Assembly (NCBI GenBank): GCA_965199955.1
Contig: CBDATQ010000001.1
Location: forward strand, 2,208,001 to 2,272,000
Reading direction: 5' to 3'
Source of the DNA: Spirochaetia bacterium
GTDB lineage: Bacteria; Spirochaetota; Spirochaetia; SZUA-6; Bin103
Length of the DNA: 64,000 nucleotides
The position numbers were made by a program, and so were the translations under genes. Of this stretch, positions 59,499 through 64,000 are shown one piece after another. The notes under the pieces are model-generated. The model was given only the letters and a program-made list of their open reading frames with translations. It had not been told where the DNA came from and did not search any database. Position 1 is the first letter of the stretch. Each line of letters starts with the position of its first letter.

Positions 59499-61805
59499 AT
59501 GGCAGACACCAACGGCAAGAACGGCTCCCAAGGCAACGGCGCGTACAAGGTCCTGGGAACGCGGCCGGTCCGTCACGACGGGCTGGACAAGGTCACCGGG
59601 CACGCCAACTACGGCGCCGACCTGTCGCTGCCCGGCATGCTGCACGCGAAGTTCGTGCGCAGCCCGCACGCGCACGCCCGGATCCTCTCGATCGACACCT
59701 CGAAGGCGGAGGCGATGCCCGGCGTCAAGGCCGTGGTCACCGGCGCCGACTTCCCGCCGCCGCCAGTCGGCATCGCCGAGTCGGGCGAGACGCCCGCCGA
59801 CTTCTCCGACCTGGCGCGCAACGTGATGGCGCAGGACAAGGCGCTCTATCACGGGCACGCGATCGCCGCCGTGGCGGCGACCACCCTGCGGCAGGCGGAA
59901 GAGGCCGCCAAGGCGGTGGCGGTCGAGTACGATGTGCTGCCACCGGTCCTGGACGTCCGCGACGCCATGCGCGACGACGCGCCGGTACTGCACGAATCGA
60001 TGCGCACCAAGGGCCTGGCCGATCCGCCCGACCGGCCCACGAACATCGCCAGCTACTCCATCTACGAGCTCGGCGACATCGACGCCGGGTTCGCCGAGGC
60101 CGACGTCGTCATCGAGCGCGAGCACACCGTGGAGACCGTCCACCAGGGGTACATCGAGCCGCACGCCGCGGTCGTGCGCACCAGCGAGGACGGCCAGGTG
60201 ACGATCTGGGCCTCCAGCCAGGGCCACTTCATGATCCGCGAGCTGTCCGCGCAGCTCCTGCACATGGACATCTCCCAGATCAAGGTGCTGCCCGCCGAGA
60301 TCGGCGGCGGCTTCGGCGGCAAGACCACCGTCTACCTGGAGCCGGTCGGCATCCTCCTGTCGCGCAAGTCCGACCGGCCGGTGAAGCTGGTCATGACCCG
60401 CGACGAGGTGTTCCGCGCCTCCGGCCCGGCGCCGGCCTCCTACATCCGCTGCAAGCTCGGCGCCAGGAAGGACGGCACGTTGACCGCCGGCTATGCCTAC
60501 ATGGCCTACGAGGCGGGCGCTTTCCCGGGCTCGGCCGTGGGCGCGGGCATGATGGGCATCTTCGCGCCATACGACCTGGCCAACCTCAAGATCGAAGGCT
60601 GGGACGTCTGCGTGAACAAGCCGCGCTCGACCGCCTACCGGGCGCCGGGCGCACCCAACGCCACCTTCTCCGCGGAGACCATCCTGGAGGAGATCGCCGA
60701 GAAGCTCGGTATCGAGTCGCTGGACATCCGGCTGCGCAACGCGGCCGTCGAGGGAATCACCAATGCCACCGGCGTGCAATGGCCGCGCATCGGCCTCGTT
60801 GAGACGCTGGAGGCGGCGCAGGGCCACGAGCACTACAGCGCCCCGCTCGGACCCAACCAGGGCCGCGGCGTCGCCGCCGGCTGGTGGATGAACGCCGGCG
60901 GACTGTCCTCCGCGACACTGCAGATCAACGAAGACGGCACCGCCTCGGTCGGCGAGGGCAGCCCGGACATCGGCGGCTCGCGCGCCGTGATGGCCATGAT
61001 CGTCTCCGAGGAGCTGGGCATCCCGGTCGACAAGGTGCGCCCGCAGGTGGCCGACACCGAGTCGGTCGGCTATACCGGCGTGACCGGCGGCAGCCGCGTC
61101 GCCTACGCCACCGGCTGGGCGGTCACCAACGCCTGCCGCGACGCTATCAAGCAGATGCGCGAGTGCGCGGCCAAGATCTGGGAGGTGGACGCCGACCAGG
61201 TCGAGTGGTCCGACGGCAAGGCAGTTCTCTCAGGCGAGGGCAAGGAGCTGACGCTGAAGGAGATCGTCGCCGAGGCGCACGCCACCGGCGGCATGATCAC
61301 CGCCGCCAGCTCGCTCAACGCGCCGGGCGCGGCGGCCGCCTTCGGCACGCACATCGCCGATGTCGAGGTCGACCCGGAGACGGGCCGCGTGCTGGTCACC
61401 CGCTACACGGTGTGCCAGGACGCCGGCAAGGCACTGCACCCCTCGTACGTGGAGGGACAGATGCAGGGCGGCGCCGTGCAGGGCATCGGCTGGGCAATCA
61501 ACGAGGAGTACGTCTTCAACGACGACGGCGTGATGGAGAACGCCGGCTTCCTGGACTACCGCATGCCGGTGGCCCTGGACCTGCCGATGATCGACACCGT
61601 GATCGTGGAAGTGCCCAATCCCCGCCATCCCTACGGGGTGCGCGGCGTGGGCGAGGTGCCGATCGTGCCGCCGCTCGCGGCGATCGCCAACGCCGTCTAC
61701 GCGGCGGTCGGCGTACGCATGACCGCCTGCCCGATGTCGCCGCCGCGCGTGCTGGCGGAGATCAAGGCCAAGGCCCGCTCTCCGCAGGCTGCGGCGGCCG
61801 GGTAA
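59499..61805 (+). CDS. Xanthine dehydrogenase family molybdopterin-binding subunit
   Basis: HQGYIEP, GGGFGGK, AYRAPG, VEGQMQGG and RGVGEVP motifs. Confidence 0.95.
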   Translation: MADTNGKNGSQGNGAYKVLGTRPVRHDGLDKVTGHANYGADLSLPGMLHAKFVRSPHAHARILSIDTSKAEAMPGVKAVVTGADFPPPPVGIAESGETPADFSDLARNVMAQDKALYHGHAIAAVAATTLRQAEEAAKAVAVEYDVLPPVLDVRDAMRDDAPVLHESMRTKGLADPPDRPTNIASYSIYELGDIDAGFAEADVVIEREHTVETVHQGYIEPHAAVVRTSEDGQVTIWASSQGHFMIRELSAQLLHMDISQIKVLPAEIGGGFGGKTTVYLEPVGILLSRKSDRPVKLVMTRDEVFRASGPAPASYIRCKLGARKDGTLTAGYAYMAYEAGAFPGSAVGAGMMGIFAPYDLANLKIEGWDVCVNKPRSTAYRAPGAPNATFSAETILEEIAEKLGIESLDIRLRNAAVEGITNATGVQWPRIGLVETLEAAQGHEHYSAPLGPNQGRGVAAGWWMNAGGLSSATLQINEDGTASVGEGSPDIGGSRAVMAMIVSEELGIPVDKVRPQVADTESVGYTGVTGGSRVAYATGWAVTNACRDAIKQMRECAAKIWEVDADQVEWSDGKAVLSGEGKELTLKEIVAEAHATGGMITAASSLNAPGAAAAFGTHIADVEVDPETGRVLVTRYTVCQDAGKALHPSYVEGQMQGGAVQGIGWAINEEYVFNDDGVMENAGFLDYRMPVALDLPMIDTVIVEVPNPRHPYGVRGVGEVPIVPPLAAIANAVYAAVGVRMTACPMSPPRVLAEIKAKARSPQAAAAG

Positions 61806-61828
61806 GGCCGGGGATCGGGCGTAGCGGC

Positions 61829-62083
61829 GTGCGCGTCGAGATTCCGGCTCGCTTCCGGACCTTTACCGGCGGCGTCGGCGAGGTGGAGAGCTCGGCCACG
61901 ACGGTGCGCGCCCTCATCGACGAGTTGGACACGCAGTTTCCCGGCCTCGGCCGGGAGCTGCGGCTGACGTCGGCCGTGGCCGTGGACGGCGACATCGTCG
62001 CCGACAACATTCGCGCGGCGTCGCTGCGACGGATCGACCAGGCCGAGACGATCCTGTTCGTACCGGCCGTAAGCGGAGGCTGA
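61829..62083 (+). CDS. MoaD/ThiS-family sulfur carrier
   Basis: Small beta-grasp-like protein ending PAVSGG. Confidence 0.85.
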   Translation: MRVEIPARFRTFTGGVGEVESSATTVRALIDELDTQFPGLGRELRLTSAVAVDGDIVADNIRAASLRRIDQAETILFVPAVSGG

Positions 62084-62087
62084 CCGC

Positions 62088-62834
62088 ATGCGAAAGACCC
62101 TGCTTGCCCTGATCGTCACGCTCGCCATGCTCACTCCCGCCGGCATTGCCGTCGCGGGCGAGCCGTTCGCGGTCGTGGAGCTGTTCACCTCCCAGGGGTG
62201 CAACTCGTGCCCCGGCGCGGAGGCGGTGCTGCGCGACCTGAGCGCCCACGCGCGCGAGTCCGGCCTGCGCATCATCCCGATCGAGTGGCACGTCGATTAC
62301 TGGGACCGGCTCGGCTGGCCCGACCCGTTCGGCGACCCAGAGCACTCGCAGCGGCAGCGGCGCTACGCCCGCGCGCTGGGCCAGCGCGGGCCCTACACGC
62401 CGCAGATCATCGTCAACGGCACCACCATCGTGCGGCCCGCGCAGCGGCGGCAGCTCGTGTTCGACCACGCGGAGATGGCGCTGGAGCAGCCGGCGCAGGC
62501 GGAGGTGACCCTGAGCGCCGGCCTCGCCGAGCGAGCCCTGGACGTCTCCTTCTCGGTCAGCGACGCGCCGCGGCGGGCGGCGATGATGCTGATCGTCGTC
62601 GAGCGCGGCCTCGGCAACCACGTGCCGCGCGGCGAGAATCGGGGCAAGACGCTGCGCCATGACGAGGTCGTCCGCGCGCACCACGACCTGGGACGGATCG
62701 GGCGGGAGACCAGCGGCACGTTCGCGCTGGAGGTTCCGGAGGACGTGGACCTGTCGATGGCGTCCCTGATCTGCATCGTCCACGACCCGGTCACCATGGA
62801 GATCGTGGGCGCCGCCAGCGTCGATCTCACCTAG
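62088..62834 (+). CDS. DUF1223 thioredoxin-like secreted protein
   Basis: Signal peptide, VVELFTSQGCNSCP, HVDYWD and YTPQ motifs. Confidence 0.92.
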   Translation: MRKTLLALIVTLAMLTPAGIAVAGEPFAVVELFTSQGCNSCPGAEAVLRDLSAHARESGLRIIPIEWHVDYWDRLGWPDPFGDPEHSQRQRRYARALGQRGPYTPQIIVNGTTIVRPAQRRQLVFDHAEMALEQPAQAEVTLSAGLAERALDVSFSVSDAPRRAAMMLIVVERGLGNHVPRGENRGKTLRHDEVVRAHHDLGRIGRETSGTFALEVPEDVDLSMASLICIVHDPVTMEIVGAASVDLT

Positions 62835-63033
62835 CCCCGCAGTCGTCGCCTTCGGCTCCGTCTTTGGCCCAGCCCCCGCCCCAACCTTCCGCGATACTCA
62901 GCTCCCGGCTTCGCCGGCCGGTGTTTCGCTCCTGGGCCAAGCCCGCCTTTGGGCTTCGGTGGCCGGATGCGGCGCTCGCGCGCGTATGCGCGAGATTCCG
63001 TAGCAAGCCCACGTCCCCTTCGCAGTCCCGCAC

Positions 63034-64000
63034 TTGACCCGGATCCGGTCTCTGAGCGCTCTGGGCGCCGAGGTGGGTGGCACGCGCTTCGTGCTGCTGA
63101 TCGGCGCCTTCGCGCTGTTCTCCGCGGGCTTGACCTTGTTCGAGATCAACTTCCCGCACTACCTGCGCGGGCAGTTCCGGATGGGCGCCGGCTTCCGCAG
63201 CTTCCTGGAGTTCCCGCGCGAGTCGCAGGGCTTTGCCGTCGTGTTCTACGCGGTGTTGCTGGGGGCGGCGACCGAGCGGCGCCTGTTCGCGCTGGCGGCG
63301 ACGGTGACCGCGGTCGGCATGACGGCGCTGGCGCTGCTGCCCGCGCGCGTCATTCCGGACTCGATCGCCGGGCTGGCCCCGGCGCTCCCGCTCATCGGCC
63401 TGGTGATGGTGCACTCGGCCGGCATGCACTTGGCGATGGTGATGGAGCAGTCGATCATCATCGAATCCGGCGGGCTGGCCGGCGCCGGGCGGCGGCTCGG
63501 TTGGGTCGCCTTCTGGCGGACCATCGCCGCGCTGGCCGCGGCGCTTGCGATCCTGGCTATCGGCAGGCTGCTCGACGTCGGCTACCGGCCCTACTTCATC
63601 GCCGGGGCGGCGCTTTCGCTGGCGGCCGCGGTGCTCATCACGGCCGCCACCCGCGGGCAACCGCACGTGCGCGGCACGCGCCGGCGCCTGCGGTTCGAGC
63701 GCCGCTTCAACCGCTACTACCTGCTGTGCGCGCTGTTCGGGGTGCGCAAGCAGGTGTTCATCACGTTCGCTCTGTGGACGCTGGTCACCGTGTACGAGCA
63801 GCCGCTCGGCACCGTGGCGCTGCTCTGGTTCCTGTTCTCGGGGGCGGGGCTGGTCACGCAGCCGCTGATCGGAGCGGTCATCGATCGGGTGGGGCCGCGC
63901 CTGACGCTGACCGTGGACGCGCTGGTTCTGCTGCTGGTCTGCCTGCTGTACGGATTCGCCGAGCACCTGTTCGTCCCCGGCGTGGCGATCGTCGTGGTCG
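63034..64000 (+). CDS. MFS transporter (runs off the window edge)
   Basis: Open frame read by hand: LEFPRESQG, RYYLLCALFGVRKQVFITFA and IDRVGPR motifs, with many transmembrane segments. Confidence 0.82.
   Translation, partial: MTRIRSLSALGAEVGGTRFVLLIGAFALFSAGLTLFEINFPHYLRGQFRMGAGFRSFLEFPRESQGFAVVFYAVLLGAATERRLFALAATVTAVGMTALALLPARVIPDSIAGLAPALPLIGLVMVHSAGMHLAMVMEQSIIIESGGLAGAGRRLGWVAFWRTIAALAAALAILAIGRLLDVGYRPYFIAGAALSLAAAVLITAATRGQPHVRGTRRRLRFERRFNRYYLLCALFGVRKQVFITFALWTLVTVYEQPLGTVALLWFLFSGAGLVTQPLIGAVIDRVGPRLTLTVDALVLLLVCLLYGFAEHLFVPGVAIVVV

Noticed and set aside
59499..61805. Aerobic CO dehydrogenase large subunit (also considered for 35372-37612)
   Set aside because: The active-site loop reads AYRAPG, not the form I AYXCSFR or form II AYRGAGR. 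The substrate is unknown.
1..64000. CRISPR array, tRNA, rRNA, prophage or integrase
   Set aside because: I saw no regularly spaced repeats, cloverleaf/T-loop signatures, rRNA motifs or phage genes by eye. Dedicated scans were not run.

Overview
A 64-kb window of a very GC-rich, metabolically versatile bacterium; the taxon cannot be determined from the sequence alone. It encodes many oxidoreductases and hydrolases, a complete lexA-imuA-imuB-dnaE2 mutagenesis cassette, three xanthine/CO-dehydrogenase-family loci (the cox accessory cluster lacks its large subunit), a vapBC module, an ECF sigma/anti-sigma pair and transporters. About 15 genes are frameshifted, truncated or internally collapsed, including Fic, IS630, Uma2, a restriction-modification remnant, an AAA-PD(D/E)XK gene and an HNH gene. 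The most notable items are: (1) a 61-aa bacterial histone-fold protein (31130-31315) followed by an Eis-like GNAT acetyltransferase that is broken by one missing unit in a (GC)6 run; (2) a candidate non-canonical LexA box, AGAC-N4-GTCT, at both cassette promoters; (3) a compact three-way-junction RNA-like element at 50483-50555; (4) an His-to-Arg change in the conserved FPESHA motif of DnaE2. No rRNA, tRNA or CRISPR array was seen. All family assignments come from motif recognition by eye, not from database searches.
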